DNA from: Thermoanaerobaculia bacterium
Lineage (GTDB): Bacteria; Acidobacteriota; Thermoanaerobaculia; Multivoradales; SZUA-115
NCBI GenBank assembly: GCA_044869805.1
Contig: JBIOXV010000005.1
Location: 64,034-128,033, forward strand
Direction of reading: 5' to 3'
DNA: 64,000 bases
In this document: piece after piece, positions 1-9,338 of the stretch
How positions within the stretch are numbered: position 1 is the first letter of the stretch
Layout of the letters: the number at the start of each line of letters is the position of its first letter
The notes under the pieces: generated by a model
What the model was told of the DNA's origin: nothing
Seen by the model: the letters and a program-made list of their open reading frames with translations, nothing else
The model's database searches: none
Translations under genes and position numbers: made by a program

Positions 1-1
1 C

Positions 2-151
2 GCCACCGGCATCCTGGGGCTCGACAAGCTGCTCGCCAGCTTCGCGCCCTCGGGCCTCGAGGCCGGCCACTACACCCTGCGCGTGGGCTTGACCGACCCG
101 GTCACCGGCCGCTCGTTCTCCAACTCGATCCCCTTCAGCGTCCCCAACTGA
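2..151 (+). CDS. 3' end of an upstream VWFA-related protein (partial, C-terminal 49 aa)
   Basis: Frame-2 translation ...GHYTLRVGLTDPVTGRSFSNSIPFSVPN* ends at a TGA at 149-151. The C-terminus is paralogous to the C-terminus of the next gene (GRYRLEVVVTDQGTGRSGSSSAEVTVAD). Confidence 0.5.
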   Translation, partial: ATGILGLDKLLASFAPSGLEAGHYTLRVGLTDPVTGRSFSNSIPFSVPN

Positions 152-311
152 GGCCCGGCCGACCCCGTTCGAGGACGCGGCAAGGGCCGCGCGCCGGCCT
201 TCCCGCTGGCTCGACTCTTGCTCGCGATTCGACTCTTCCCGAGCCCGGATCGCGCACGGCAGGGCTCTCGGGCCCTGATACAGTGACCGTCGAACGTGAA
301 GGAGGCCGACC

Positions 312-2495
312 GTGAAGCCGCAGACCCTGAAACCGAGCTGGAACTGGACCCTGCTCATCGCCCTCGCGCTGCTCCTGGTGCCGGTCGCCCGAGGGCAGAA
401 GAACTTCACCGAGACGGCGTCCGTGGTGGTCATCGAGGTCCCGGTCAACGTCACCGTCGGCGGTGAGCCGGTGCGTGGCCTGACGATCGAGAACTTCGAG
501 GTGCTGGACGGCCGCAAGCCGCAGCCCATCGTCGGCTTCGAGATCGTCGACCTGGGGGTCTCGCAAGCGGCCGGGGGCGGCGCCGCCCCCGGGCGCGCGC
601 TCCCCACCTCCAGCCGGCGCCACTTCCTGCTCTTCTTCGATCTCTCCTTCTCCGACCCCGGAGCCATTCTCCGGGCCCGTGACGCGGCAAAGGAGATGGT
701 CTCCTCCAACCTGCGGCCCGAGGACCTGGCCGGGGTCGTCTCCTACGCCGCCAACACCGGCCTCGCCGTGATCCTGAACTTCACCTCCGATCGCACCCAG
801 CTCCAGCTCGCCCTCGACACCCTCGGCGCGCCCAACCTGACAGCCACCAACGACCCTCTGGGCCTGATGATCGGCGCCCCGGGCGTGGGCGGGGTCGGAG
901 GGGCGGCCGGTCGGGGGGCTCGCCAGGAGTCCGCGGTGGCGGTCGAGACCTACGTCACCGACCTCTCCAAGATGATCAACCGCTCGGACCGGGACGAGAT
1001 GCAGGCCAAGGTCACCTCGATGACCCGGCAGCTCGGCGACCTCGGCCGCATGCTCGACGGCGTCGAAGGGCGCAAGTACGTCGTCTACCTCTCCGAGGGC
1101 TTTGACGATCAGCTCCTGGTCGGCGGCGGCGGCAGCGTTCGCTCGGGCGGTGGGGGCGGTGGGGGCAGCGGAGCCGGCGATCCCGACATCGCCACCTCCG
1201 CGGCTTCCTCGGCGAGCGACGACATCGCCTTCGGCAACATCGCCGGCGTGTCGACCGACGAGATGTTCGGCAGCGGCAAAGTGCAGAATGCCCTGCAGGC
1301 CGCTCTGCAGGCCTTCAAGCAGGCCAACTGCACCATCCACGCGGTCGACATCGGGGGTCTGCGGGCCGGCGGCAGCATCCGCGGCCAGATCTCGGGATCC
1401 AACGCGCTGTCGAGCATGGCGAGCGAGACCGGCGGCGAGGTGTTCCGAAACTTCAACGACCTGTCGCAGGCCATGGACCTGCTGCTGCAGAAGACCAGCG
1501 TCACCTACATCCTCGCCGTGCAGCCGGAGGACCTCAAGCGCGACGGCAAGTACCACGGACTCAAGGTGCGCTTGCGGAACGCGCCCAAGGGCGCCGAAGT
1601 CCAGGCGCGCCCCGGCTTCTACGCGCCGCTGCCGCTCACCCAGCAGAGCCGGATGGAGCGCAACCTGCGCGCCGCCGACGACCTCTTCGGCGCCGAGGGC
1701 GGCGCGCTGCAGACGGCGGTGGTGGCGGCGCCCTTCCGCGCCCCGGAAGGCAAGGCCTACGTGCCGGTGCTGATCGAGGCCAACGGCAAGTCGCTGATCG
1801 CGGGGGTCAAGGGCCCCATGCTGCCGCTCGAGATCTACACCTACGCCCTCGACCCCGCGGGCGCGGTGCACGACTTCTTCGCCCAGACCCTGGGGGTGGA
1901 CTTGAAGCAGGCGAGCGCCCTGCTCCAGCAGACCGGGCTCAAGTACTACGGCCACCTCGACCTCGACCCCGGCGAGTACTCGGTGCGCGTGCTGGTGCGC
2001 AACCTGGAGACCGGGATCTCGTCGCTGCGGGTGGTGCCGGTCACCGTGCCGGACTACGCCAAGGGCGAGGTCAGCCTCGCGCCGCCCGCCTTCCCCGAGC
2101 CGTTGGGCAAGTGGCTGATGGTGCGCGAGGCCCCCGAGCGCCAGCGCAACGTGCCCTTCCCCTTCATGCTCAGGGACCAGCCGTTCCTGCCCTCGGCGTC
2201 GCCGGCGTGGCCGGCCCAGGGAGAGACGCAGATTCCGGTGGCCGCCTTCAACCTCGGCCAGGGGCCGCTGGGCGCCGACGTCAAGCTGCGCTCCGCCGAG
2301 GGCGCGGAGCAGAAGGGCCTGCAAGTGGCCAAGATCGAGCGCGTGCCGGGCGCCATCCCGGGCTCGGAGACGCTGCTCGTCGGTCTCAAATACTCCGGCC
2401 TGGCGCCCGGCCGCTACCGGCTGGAGGTCGTGGTCACCGACCAGGGCACCGGCCGCAGCGGCTCGAGCTCGGCGGAGGTGACCGTCGCCGACTAG
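312..2495 (+). CDS. Secreted von Willebrand factor type A (VWA) domain protein, Acidobacterial VWFA-related family
   Basis: GTG start preceded by GGAGG. N-terminal signal peptide. VWA/MIDAS-like block (HFLLFFDLSFSD...). 727 aa with a long C-terminal extension. The opposite-strand 848-aa ORF is an antisense artefact. Confidence 0.8.
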   Translation: MKPQTLKPSWNWTLLIALALLLVPVARGQKNFTETASVVVIEVPVNVTVGGEPVRGLTIENFEVLDGRKPQPIVGFEIVDLGVSQAAGGGAAPGRALPTSSRRHFLLFFDLSFSDPGAILRARDAAKEMVSSNLRPEDLAGVVSYAANTGLAVILNFTSDRTQLQLALDTLGAPNLTATNDPLGLMIGAPGVGGVGGAAGRGARQESAVAVETYVTDLSKMINRSDRDEMQAKVTSMTRQLGDLGRMLDGVEGRKYVVYLSEGFDDQLLVGGGGSVRSGGGGGGGSGAGDPDIATSAASSASDDIAFGNIAGVSTDEMFGSGKVQNALQAALQAFKQANCTIHAVDIGGLRAGGSIRGQISGSNALSSMASETGGEVFRNFNDLSQAMDLLLQKTSVTYILAVQPEDLKRDGKYHGLKVRLRNAPKGAEVQARPGFYAPLPLTQQSRMERNLRAADDLFGAEGGALQTAVVAAPFRAPEGKAYVPVLIEANGKSLIAGVKGPMLPLEIYTYALDPAGAVHDFFAQTLGVDLKQASALLQQTGLKYYGHLDLDPGEYSVRVLVRNLETGISSLRVVPVTVPDYAKGEVSLAPPAFPEPLGKWLMVREAPERQRNVPFPFMLRDQPFLPSASPAWPAQGETQIPVAAFNLGQGPLGADVKLRSAEGAEQKGLQVAKIERVPGAIPGSETLLVGLKYSGLAPGRYRLEVVVTDQGTGRSGSSSAEVTVAD

Positions 2496-2505
2496 CACTA
2501 GCTCC

Positions 2506-3675
2506 ATGCCGGCACTGGTGCGTTTGAAGGCCGGTCGGGACAAGGCCGCCCGCCGTGGCCACCCCTGGATCTTCTCCGGCGCCGTCGCCTCCGCGGAGGG
2601 CGGCGAGCAGCCGGTCGCGCGCGTGCTCGGTGCCGGCGGCGAGGACCTGGGGCTCGGCTTCTTCCAGCCTGCGTCTCGCATCCCGGTGCGCCTCGTCGGC
2701 CACGGCTTCCCGGACCTCGATCGCGCCTTCTTCGCCGCCCGCCTGGCCGAGGCCGCGGCGCTGCGCGCCTCGCTGCTGCCGCCGGAAACCTCCGGCTACC
2801 GCGTGCTCAATGCCGAGGGCGACGGCGTGCCCGGCTGGACCGTCGACCGCTTCGGGGACGCGCTGGTCAGCCAGATCACGGCCGGCGGCCTGGAGCGCCT
2901 GCGCCACGAGGCCTACGCAGCGCTGGGCGCCGCTTTCCCCGGCCTCGCCATTCTTCAGCGCAACCGTTTGCGAGCCCGCCGCCAGGAGGGCCTGCCCGAG
3001 GTGGACGAGGCGGTGGCCGGTCAGCCGCCCGAGGTGGCGGGCTTCACCGAGCACGGCCTGGCCTTCACCGCCGCGCTCGCGGGTGGGCAGAAGACCGGTT
3101 TCTACTGCGACCAGCGCGAGAACCGCCGTCTGGCCGAGCGGCTGGCCGGCGGACGCGCGGTGCTCGACCTCTTCGCGCATACCGGTGCGTTTGCAGCCTA
3201 TGCTCTGCGCGGCGGCGCCCGCACGGTGGTGGCCGTGGAATCGGCACCGCGCCTGACGGCGGTCGCCTCGCACCACCTCGCGGCCAACGGCCTCGATGCC
3301 GGCCGGCTCGAGTGGGTGGAGGCCGACGTCTTCGCCGACCTCCGGCAGCGTGGCGACCGCTACGACCTGGTGGTCTGCGACCCGCCGCCCCTGGTGCCAC
3401 GCAAGAGCGACCTCGACCGCGGCAGCCGCGCCTACAAGGATTTGAACCGCCTGGCCCTGGGCCGCGTGGCGCCCGGCGGGTTCCTCCTGACCTTCACCTG
3501 CAGCGGCGCGGTCGACGCCCGCCTGTTTCGCCAGATCCTCTTCGCCGCCGCGGACGAGGCGCGCGCACGCGTCTCGCTCCTCGCTCCGCTCGCCGCCGCG
3601 CCCGACCATCCGATCGACGTGCGCCATCCGGAAGGGGAGTACCTCAAAGGCTGGCTCTGCATCCGCCTGGCGTAG
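2506..3675 (+). CDS. rlmI: 23S rRNA (cytosine1962-C5)-methyltransferase RlmI-like (PUA + class I SAM MTase)
   Basis: The KTGFYCDQRENR motif, the DLFAHTGAF SAM-binding motif and the DPPP catalytic motif are typical of RlmI/RlmK. Confidence 0.8.
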   Translation: MPALVRLKAGRDKAARRGHPWIFSGAVASAEGGEQPVARVLGAGGEDLGLGFFQPASRIPVRLVGHGFPDLDRAFFAARLAEAAALRASLLPPETSGYRVLNAEGDGVPGWTVDRFGDALVSQITAGGLERLRHEAYAALGAAFPGLAILQRNRLRARRQEGLPEVDEAVAGQPPEVAGFTEHGLAFTAALAGGQKTGFYCDQRENRRLAERLAGGRAVLDLFAHTGAFAAYALRGGARTVVAVESAPRLTAVASHHLAANGLDAGRLEWVEADVFADLRQRGDRYDLVVCDPPPLVPRKSDLDRGSRAYKDLNRLALGRVAPGGFLLTFTCSGAVDARLFRQILFAAADEARARVSLLAPLAAAPDHPIDVRHPEGEYLKGWLCIRLA

Positions 3676-3715
3676 ACGGTGCGCCGGCGTCCGCTCGCGG
3701 CCACGGCGCCGTCCT

Positions 3716-3743
3716 GCCGAGGCCACAGATCTCGGCCTTTTTG
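3716..3743 (+). terminator. Rho-independent terminator after rlmI
   Basis: GCCGAG-gccacagat-CTCGGC stem-loop followed by CTTTTTG, 41 nt after the rlmI stop. Confidence 0.6.
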
Positions 3744-3767
3744 CGCGTCCCTGTATGCAGCGCGGCG

Positions 3768-3783
3768 TGGCATCGGCGTTGCA
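3768..3783 (+). promoter_or_regulatory. Candidate sigma-54 (-24/-12) promoter upstream of the TPR-CRTAC1-TPR cassette
   Basis: TGGCAT-cggcg-TTGCA matches TGGCAC-N5-TTGCW with one mismatch. It lies about 130 nt upstream of the TPR gene start. An 8-bp stem-loop (CTCGAGGG...CCCTCGAG, 3836-3865) sits in the putative leader. Confidence 0.35.
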
Positions 3784-3913
3784 AAACCCTCCGTTGCCTA
3801 CGAGCCGATTCCTCTGATCGCACCCACCCCAACGGCTCGAGGGAGTGCCTGCGTGCCCCCTCGAGCTCCCGCCTCGCCAACCCGCACGGAACGCATCGAG
3901 TGAGCCGAGTATC

Positions 3914-5563
3914 ATGCGTTTGATGCGCGCCCTGGCGTTCGCAATGCTCTGTTGCTTCGCGATCGCCGCCCAGCGGTCGCCCGCTGCGACCGCGGACCCT
4001 CCGGCGTCTGCCTCCGCATCGCCCTCGCCTTCGCAGCAGGCCTTCGAGCAGGCGCTCGCCGAGGTCCGCGCCGGCAGGCCGCAGTCCGCGCTCGCCATCC
4101 TCGAGCCCCTGCGCGGCCAGGCGTCGACCGAGCCCCCGGTGCTGGCCTTGCTCGGCGCGGTGTACCTCGAGTCGGGCCGGCCGCAAGATGCGCTGGCGGT
4201 CCTCGAGCCGCTGGCCAGCTCCCAGGCGGCCGATCCCGCCGTGCTCTACAACGCGGCACGGGCGGCGAAGGCGAGCGGGCAGGAGGAGAAAGCTCTGGCA
4301 TGGCTGGCGCGCTCGGCGGCCCTGGCGCCGGTCTCCCCCGCGGCACGCGAGCTGGGCCTCGCGCACGGCCGGGAGGGACAGTGGGAGGACGCCTATCGGC
4401 TGCTGCGGCCATGGGCCAAGGCGGTGGCGGGCGACGTCGAGGGCCGCCAGGCCGCGGCCTTTGCGGCGGTGAGGCTGGGCCGGCCGGCCGAGGCGCGGGA
4501 CCTCCTCGCCGGCCTGCCGCCCGACCCACCGCCGCGCCGGGTGCTGGAAGCCGAGATCTGTTTCGCGGAAGGAGACCCGAACGCCGCGCTCGCCGCCCTG
4601 GAGCCACTGCTCAGAGTGCCGCCGCCGGGCCTCGCTCGCGAGGTACGGCGCCTCGCCGCCGACGCGAACCTGTCCACGGGCCGCGCTGCCGAAGCCGTGG
4701 CGCAGCTCGCCGGGCACACCGGGGGCGATGCCGCGCTCGCGCTGCTCCTCGCCCAGGCCCAGTTCCAGACCGGCGAGGTGGAAGCGGCGCTCGCGACGCT
4801 CGAGCCCTTCGTGCCTCGCGACGCCTCCCACGCCGGCGCCGGGCCGAGCCTCGACCTCGAGTACGGCCGCATGCTGGTGGCCGCCGGCCGCGCCACGGAA
4901 GCCATCGACATCGTGCGCCGCGGCCTCGCCCGCCTACCCGAGGACCGGCAGGGCTGGCAAACGCTCGCCCAGGCGCTGCTGGCGGCCGGCCGCCGCGACG
5001 AGGGCCAGCAGGCGCTGGAGCGCTTTCGCGCGCTCGCCGCCGCCGAGGCCTCGGCTGCCGAGCGCAAGCGCGAGCTCGAGGCCACGGCCCGCGATGCCAC
5101 CGCCGCCGGCCTCGAACGCGCCATGGCGGCGCTCGCCGCCGGCCGGCCGGAGGACGCGCTGGCCCTGGCGCGGCGCGAGGCTTCGCTGGTCGCCGACGAC
5201 CCGCGGCCGCCGCTCGTCGCCGGCCACGTGCTGTTGACTCTGGGGCGCTACCAGGAAGCGCTCGCCGCCACCGAAGCTTCCCTGCGCCTCGCTCCCGACC
5301 AACCGGATGCGCTCTACCAGCACGGTGTCGCGGCTCTGGGGTCGGGCGACGTGGCGCGGGCCGAGAGCGACCTGCGGCGGGCGCTGGAGCTCGCGCCCGG
5401 GCACCTCGCGGCGCTGAACGATCTCGCCGTGCTGCTGCTCGGGACCGGCCGGAAGGAGGAGGCCGGCGGGCTCCTCGAGCGCGCCCTCGCGCTCAAGCCG
5501 GACGACCCGCGCGCGCGGCAGAGCCTGGAGAAGCTGAGAACGAGCCCCCCAGGAAGCAGATGA
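3914..5563 (+). CDS. Secreted TPR-repeat protein
   Basis: Start at MRLMRALAFAMLCCFAIAA (signal peptide). The 5' extension shown in the track is unlikely. Repeated TPR-like A/L-rich helices. Paralog of 7361..8986. Confidence 0.75.
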   Translation: MRLMRALAFAMLCCFAIAAQRSPAATADPPASASASPSPSQQAFEQALAEVRAGRPQSALAILEPLRGQASTEPPVLALLGAVYLESGRPQDALAVLEPLASSQAADPAVLYNAARAAKASGQEEKALAWLARSAALAPVSPAARELGLAHGREGQWEDAYRLLRPWAKAVAGDVEGRQAAAFAAVRLGRPAEARDLLAGLPPDPPPRRVLEAEICFAEGDPNAALAALEPLLRVPPPGLAREVRRLAADANLSTGRAAEAVAQLAGHTGGDAALALLLAQAQFQTGEVEAALATLEPFVPRDASHAGAGPSLDLEYGRMLVAAGRATEAIDIVRRGLARLPEDRQGWQTLAQALLAAGRRDEGQQALERFRALAAAEASAAERKRELEATARDATAAGLERAMAALAAGRPEDALALARREASLVADDPRPPLVAGHVLLTLGRYQEALAATEASLRLAPDQPDALYQHGVAALGSGDVARAESDLRRALELAPGHLAALNDLAVLLLGTGRKEEAGGLLERALALKPDDPRARQSLEKLRTSPPGSR

Positions 5564-5576
5564 ACACGGGAAGCAG

Positions 5577-7289
5577 ATGAACAGATTTGCTGCGCGACGG
5601 CCTCTTCACCAGCTCCTGCGCACCATGCATCGCGTCTCGACACCGATGCTCCTCGCTTGGTTCGCCTTCCTCGCCGGGGCCCAGGAGCCGTCGGCAATCC
5701 GCTTCCGTGAGGTGGCGAACGCCTGGGGCCTCGACTTCCGGCACCACCACGGCGGCTCCGGCCAGTACTTCATGGTCGAGACCATGGGCGGCGGCGTGAT
5801 CCTCTTCGACTACGACGGCGATGGCGACGCCGACGCCTTCTTCGTCGACAGCGGCGCGCTGCCCGGCTATCAGGGCGAGCCCGCCCGCTCGCGCCTGCTG
5901 CGCAACGACGGCGGGGGCCGCTTCGTCGACGTCACCGGTGACTCCGGCCTCGCGCTCAAGAGCTATGGCATGGGCGGCTCCGCCGGCGACGTCGACGGCG
6001 ACGCCGATCTCGACCTCTACGTCACCGCCTTCGGCAAGAACCAGCTCTTCGTGAACCAGGGCGATGGGCGGTTCACCGACGCCGGCGCCGGCTCGGGCGC
6101 CGACCTCGACTCGTGGAGCGCCTCGGCGGCGTTGGCCGACGTGGACCACGACGCCGACCTCGACCTCTTCGTGACCACCTACGTCGACTTCCGGCTCGAC
6201 AACCACAAGTTCTGCGGCGACCGCGAGCGCGGCATCCAGAGCTACTGCTCGCCGGAGGTCTACCAGGGCCTGCCCGAGCGCTTCTTCCGCAACCGCGGCG
6301 ACGGCACCTTCGAGGACGCGACCGCGGCGGCGGGCCTCGGCGGCGCGCTCGGCAACGGCCTGGGCGTGGTGGCCGCCGACCTGACCGAGGACGGCTGGCC
6401 CGACGTCTACGTGGCCAACGACGCCTCACCCAACTTCCTGTTCAAGAACCGCGGCGACGGCAGCTTCGAGGACATTTCGCTCGCCTCGGGCACCGCCTTC
6501 GGCGACCGCGGGCGGCCGGAGGGAGGCATGGGGGTGGCGGTGGCCGACTACGACGCCGACCTGCTGCCCGACATCGTGGTCACCAACTCGGAGCTCGAAA
6601 CCAACTCGCTGTTCAAGAACCTGGGCGGCGAGCTGTTCCGCGACAGCCGCTACGTGGCGCGGATCGCCGAGCCGTCGCTGATGGAGGTGGCCTTCGGCGT
6701 CGCCTTCGCCGATCTCGACAACGACGGCGACCCCGACCTTGCGATCGCCAACGGCCACATCCTCGACAACGCAGAGTTGTTCGCTGCCCGCAACACCTAC
6801 AAGCAACGCAACCAGGTGTTCGAGAACCTGGGCGGTGGCAAGTTCCGCGAGCTCCTGGACACCGGCGTCGACGTGGTGCGGGCGAGCCGTGGCCTGGCGG
6901 TGGGCGACCTCGACGCCGACGGCACGCTCGACCTCGTGATCGTCAACTGCAACGACGTCGCCGAGGCCTACCAGAACGCGACGGCGGGCGGCCATTGGCT
7001 GGCGGTCGAGCTCGCCGGCACGGCGAGCAACCGCTCGGGGCTGGGCGCCACGATCGAAGTGAGAGCCGGCGCCAGCCGGCAGGTGCAGGAGGTGCAGAGC
7101 GCCTCCTCGTACCTGTCGCAGAACGAGGCGGCGCTGCACTTCGGCCTCGGCCCGGCGACAGCGATCAACGAGCTCATCGTGCGCTGGCCGAGCGGCAGGC
7201 GCCAGCGGTTCCTCGGCCTCGCCGCCGACCGGCGGTTGCGGATCGCGGAAGGCGAGCCGACGCCGGCGCCCGCCGCCAGAGCGCAGTAG
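5577..7289 (+). CDS. CRTAC1-family protein (FG-GAP/VCBS repeats + ASPIC/UnbV C-terminal domain)
   Basis: Signal peptide. Repeated DxDGDGxxD calcium-binding FG-GAP motifs (DYDGDGDAD, DVDGDADLD, DLDNDGDPD). C-terminal ASPIC/UnbV-like segment (GTASNRSGLGATIEV...SYLSQNE). Confidence 0.85.
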   Translation: MNRFAARRPLHQLLRTMHRVSTPMLLAWFAFLAGAQEPSAIRFREVANAWGLDFRHHHGGSGQYFMVETMGGGVILFDYDGDGDADAFFVDSGALPGYQGEPARSRLLRNDGGGRFVDVTGDSGLALKSYGMGGSAGDVDGDADLDLYVTAFGKNQLFVNQGDGRFTDAGAGSGADLDSWSASAALADVDHDADLDLFVTTYVDFRLDNHKFCGDRERGIQSYCSPEVYQGLPERFFRNRGDGTFEDATAAAGLGGALGNGLGVVAADLTEDGWPDVYVANDASPNFLFKNRGDGSFEDISLASGTAFGDRGRPEGGMGVAVADYDADLLPDIVVTNSELETNSLFKNLGGELFRDSRYVARIAEPSLMEVAFGVAFADLDNDGDPDLAIANGHILDNAELFAARNTYKQRNQVFENLGGGKFRELLDTGVDVVRASRGLAVGDLDADGTLDLVIVNCNDVAEAYQNATAGGHWLAVELAGTASNRSGLGATIEVRAGASRQVQEVQSASSYLSQNEAALHFGLGPATAINELIVRWPSGRRQRFLGLAADRRLRIAEGEPTPAPAARAQ

Positions 7290-7360
7290 CTCGCCGCTTT
7301 CGCCAGGCTGGCCCGCGCCCCGCGGCAGGGGGCACGAGAGATGCAAGCTAGAATCCCCCC

Positions 7361-8986
7361 ATGAGCCGACTCCCCGTCCACCTCTTCCTGGCGCTCGCAA
7401 CCCTCGCCTCGCTGCCGCCCGCGGCGGCGCAGGCACCTGCCCCCGCTCCCTCGGCCTCGCAACCGACCACGATCTTCGACCGCGCCGTGCGCGAGATGGA
7501 AGAGGGCCGCCCGCAAGCGGCGATCGCGCTGCTCGAGCCGCTGCGCCGCGACCCCAAGGCCCCGGGGCCGGCCCTCGCGCTGCTCGGCATCCTCTACCTC
7601 GAAACCGGCGACCCGGCGCTGGCGCTCGCCGTGCTCGAGCCGCTCGCCGCGGCCGAGAAGCCCGACCCGGCAGTGCTCTTCCACACCGCCCGCGCCGCGG
7701 CGGCTGCCGGCCAGCAGGACAAGGTCGAGCCGCTGCTCGAGCGCTCGGTGGCGATCTCGCCGCAGTCGCCGGCGGCGCGGGAGCTGGGGCTGCTGCGGCT
7801 ACGCCAGGGCCGGCTCGGCGACGCGCTCGCCCATCTCGGACCCTGGACCGAGTCGCAGCCGAACGACGTCGAGGCACGACTTGCCGCGGCGCAGGCTGCG
7901 GTGCGCATCGGCAACGCCCAAGCGGCTTCGGCGCTGATCGCGGGCCTGCCCCCGGAGGCCCCGGCCGCTCGCTTGCTCAGGGGCGAGCTCGCCCTGGCAC
8001 AGGGCGACGCGGCGGCGGCGCTCGAAGCCGTGAAGCCGCTACTCGAGAAGGACGAGGGCGGCCTGTCGAGCGACGCGCGGGGCATCGCGGCCGAAGCCCA
8101 TCTGCAGCAGAATGACCCTGCCGCGGCGGCGCGGGTGCTCGCCGGCAAGGTGGGTCAAGACCCGCAGCTCTCGCTGCTCTCGGCTCGCGCGCTCCGCCTG
8201 ACCGGAAAGCTCGGCGAGTCGGCGGCGGTGCTCAAGCCGTTCGCCGAGGAGGTGCTCGCCGCCCCCAACCCGCACCGTGTCTCGCCCTTCGCCAGCGCCA
8301 TCCTGCTCGACTACGGCCGCGTCATGGTGGCCTCCGGCCGCTCCCGCGAAGGGGCGGCCGCGCTCGAGCGCGCCGTGGCCTTGAACCCCGCGAGCCTTCA
8401 GGCCTGGCAGACCCTGGCCGAAGCCCAGACCAGCCTCGGCGAGACCCAGAAAGCCAACGCCGCCAAAGAGCGGGCGGCGCAGCTCATCGCGGCGCAGGAG
8501 CAGGCGCTCGCCGCCTCGCAGGCCGCGAGCCCGGGCGGCGCCGACCTGGCGCCGGTGATGGAGGCGCTCGCCACCGGCGAGCCCGACAAGGCGCTCGATC
8601 TTGCCCGCCAGCAGGCGCTGCGCGTGCCCGGCGACCCACGCCCGCGGATGATCGCGGTGCGCATCCTGGTGTCGTTCAACCGCCTCGACGAGGCGCTGCA
8701 GACCACCGAGGCGCTGGTGGCCCAGTTCCCCGGCAACGCCGACGCGGTCTACCAGCGCGGCGCGCTGCGCATGAACCGTGGCGACAGCTCCGGCGCCGAG
8801 CAGGATCTGCGCAAGGCGATCTCCCTCTCGCCCGATCACCCGGCGGCGATGAACGACCTCGCCGTGCTGCTGATGACCAGGAGACAGTTCCCCGAAGCGA
8901 AGAAGCTGCTCGAGCGGGTCCTCGAGCTCAACCCGCAGGACGCGCTGGCCGCCCAGAACCTGAAGCGCCTGGAAGAGAGCTCGTAG
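7361..8986 (+). CDS. Secreted TPR-repeat protein (paralog of 3914..5563)
   Basis: Signal peptide MSRLPVHLFLALATLASLPPAAAQA. Collinear similarity to the first TPR gene (AIALLEPLR..., PAARELGL..., AGLPPE...). Confidence 0.8.
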   Translation: MSRLPVHLFLALATLASLPPAAAQAPAPAPSASQPTTIFDRAVREMEEGRPQAAIALLEPLRRDPKAPGPALALLGILYLETGDPALALAVLEPLAAAEKPDPAVLFHTARAAAAAGQQDKVEPLLERSVAISPQSPAARELGLLRLRQGRLGDALAHLGPWTESQPNDVEARLAAAQAAVRIGNAQAASALIAGLPPEAPAARLLRGELALAQGDAAAALEAVKPLLEKDEGGLSSDARGIAAEAHLQQNDPAAAARVLAGKVGQDPQLSLLSARALRLTGKLGESAAVLKPFAEEVLAAPNPHRVSPFASAILLDYGRVMVASGRSREGAAALERAVALNPASLQAWQTLAEAQTSLGETQKANAAKERAAQLIAAQEQALAASQAASPGGADLAPVMEALATGEPDKALDLARQQALRVPGDPRPRMIAVRILVSFNRLDEALQTTEALVAQFPGNADAVYQRGALRMNRGDSSGAEQDLRKAISLSPDHPAAMNDLAVLLMTRRQFPEAKKLLERVLELNPQDALAAQNLKRLEESS

Positions 8987-8998
8987 GAGAAGCTGCGC

Positions 8999-9274
8999 AT
9001 GACGACCATCCGTAACACTGGCCGCAAACCGGTCCGCGTACCGCTGCCGCTGGGCAAGTCCCTCTTTCTCGGCCCCGGCAAGAGCGGGCAGATCACCGAT
9101 CACGCCGTCGACCATCCGGGAGTGCAGAAGCTGCTCGCGGCGGGTGAGATCGAGGTCTCCACCGAGGCCCAGCACGGGCAGCGGCCCGAGGGCACCGGCG
9201 GCGGTGGCCACCCGGCCACCCACGGGCACGTGCCCACCACGCAGGCACCGCGCCGCGGCGATCGTGGCGGCTGA
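8999..9274 (+). CDS. Small hypothetical protein (91 aa)
   Basis: Good SD (AGGAGAAG) 7 nt upstream of the ATG. Structured N-terminal 50 aa, then a low-complexity tail. No family recognised. Confidence 0.35.
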   Translation: MTTIRNTGRKPVRVPLPLGKSLFLGPGKSGQITDHAVDHPGVQKLLAAGEIEVSTEAQHGQRPEGTGGGGHPATHGHVPTTQAPRRGDRGG

Positions 9275-9338
9275 GGCGGAAGCCGAGCCCGCACCCACGG
9301 CCGGGCACTAGACTAGGGCGCACTCCTTCGGAGGTGCC

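Noticed and set aside
135-2681. 848-aa minus-strand ORF antisense to the VWA gene
   Set aside because: Arg/Gly/Ala-rich translation with no domain. It is exactly antisense to a gene with clear VWA motifs, which is the typical high-GC artefact. The same applies to 2434..4098, 3644..4831 and 6426..7877 (minus strand), to 14266..16743 and 18101..20029 (plus strand), and to 13940..16567, 11785..13791 and 41929..43911 (minus strand).
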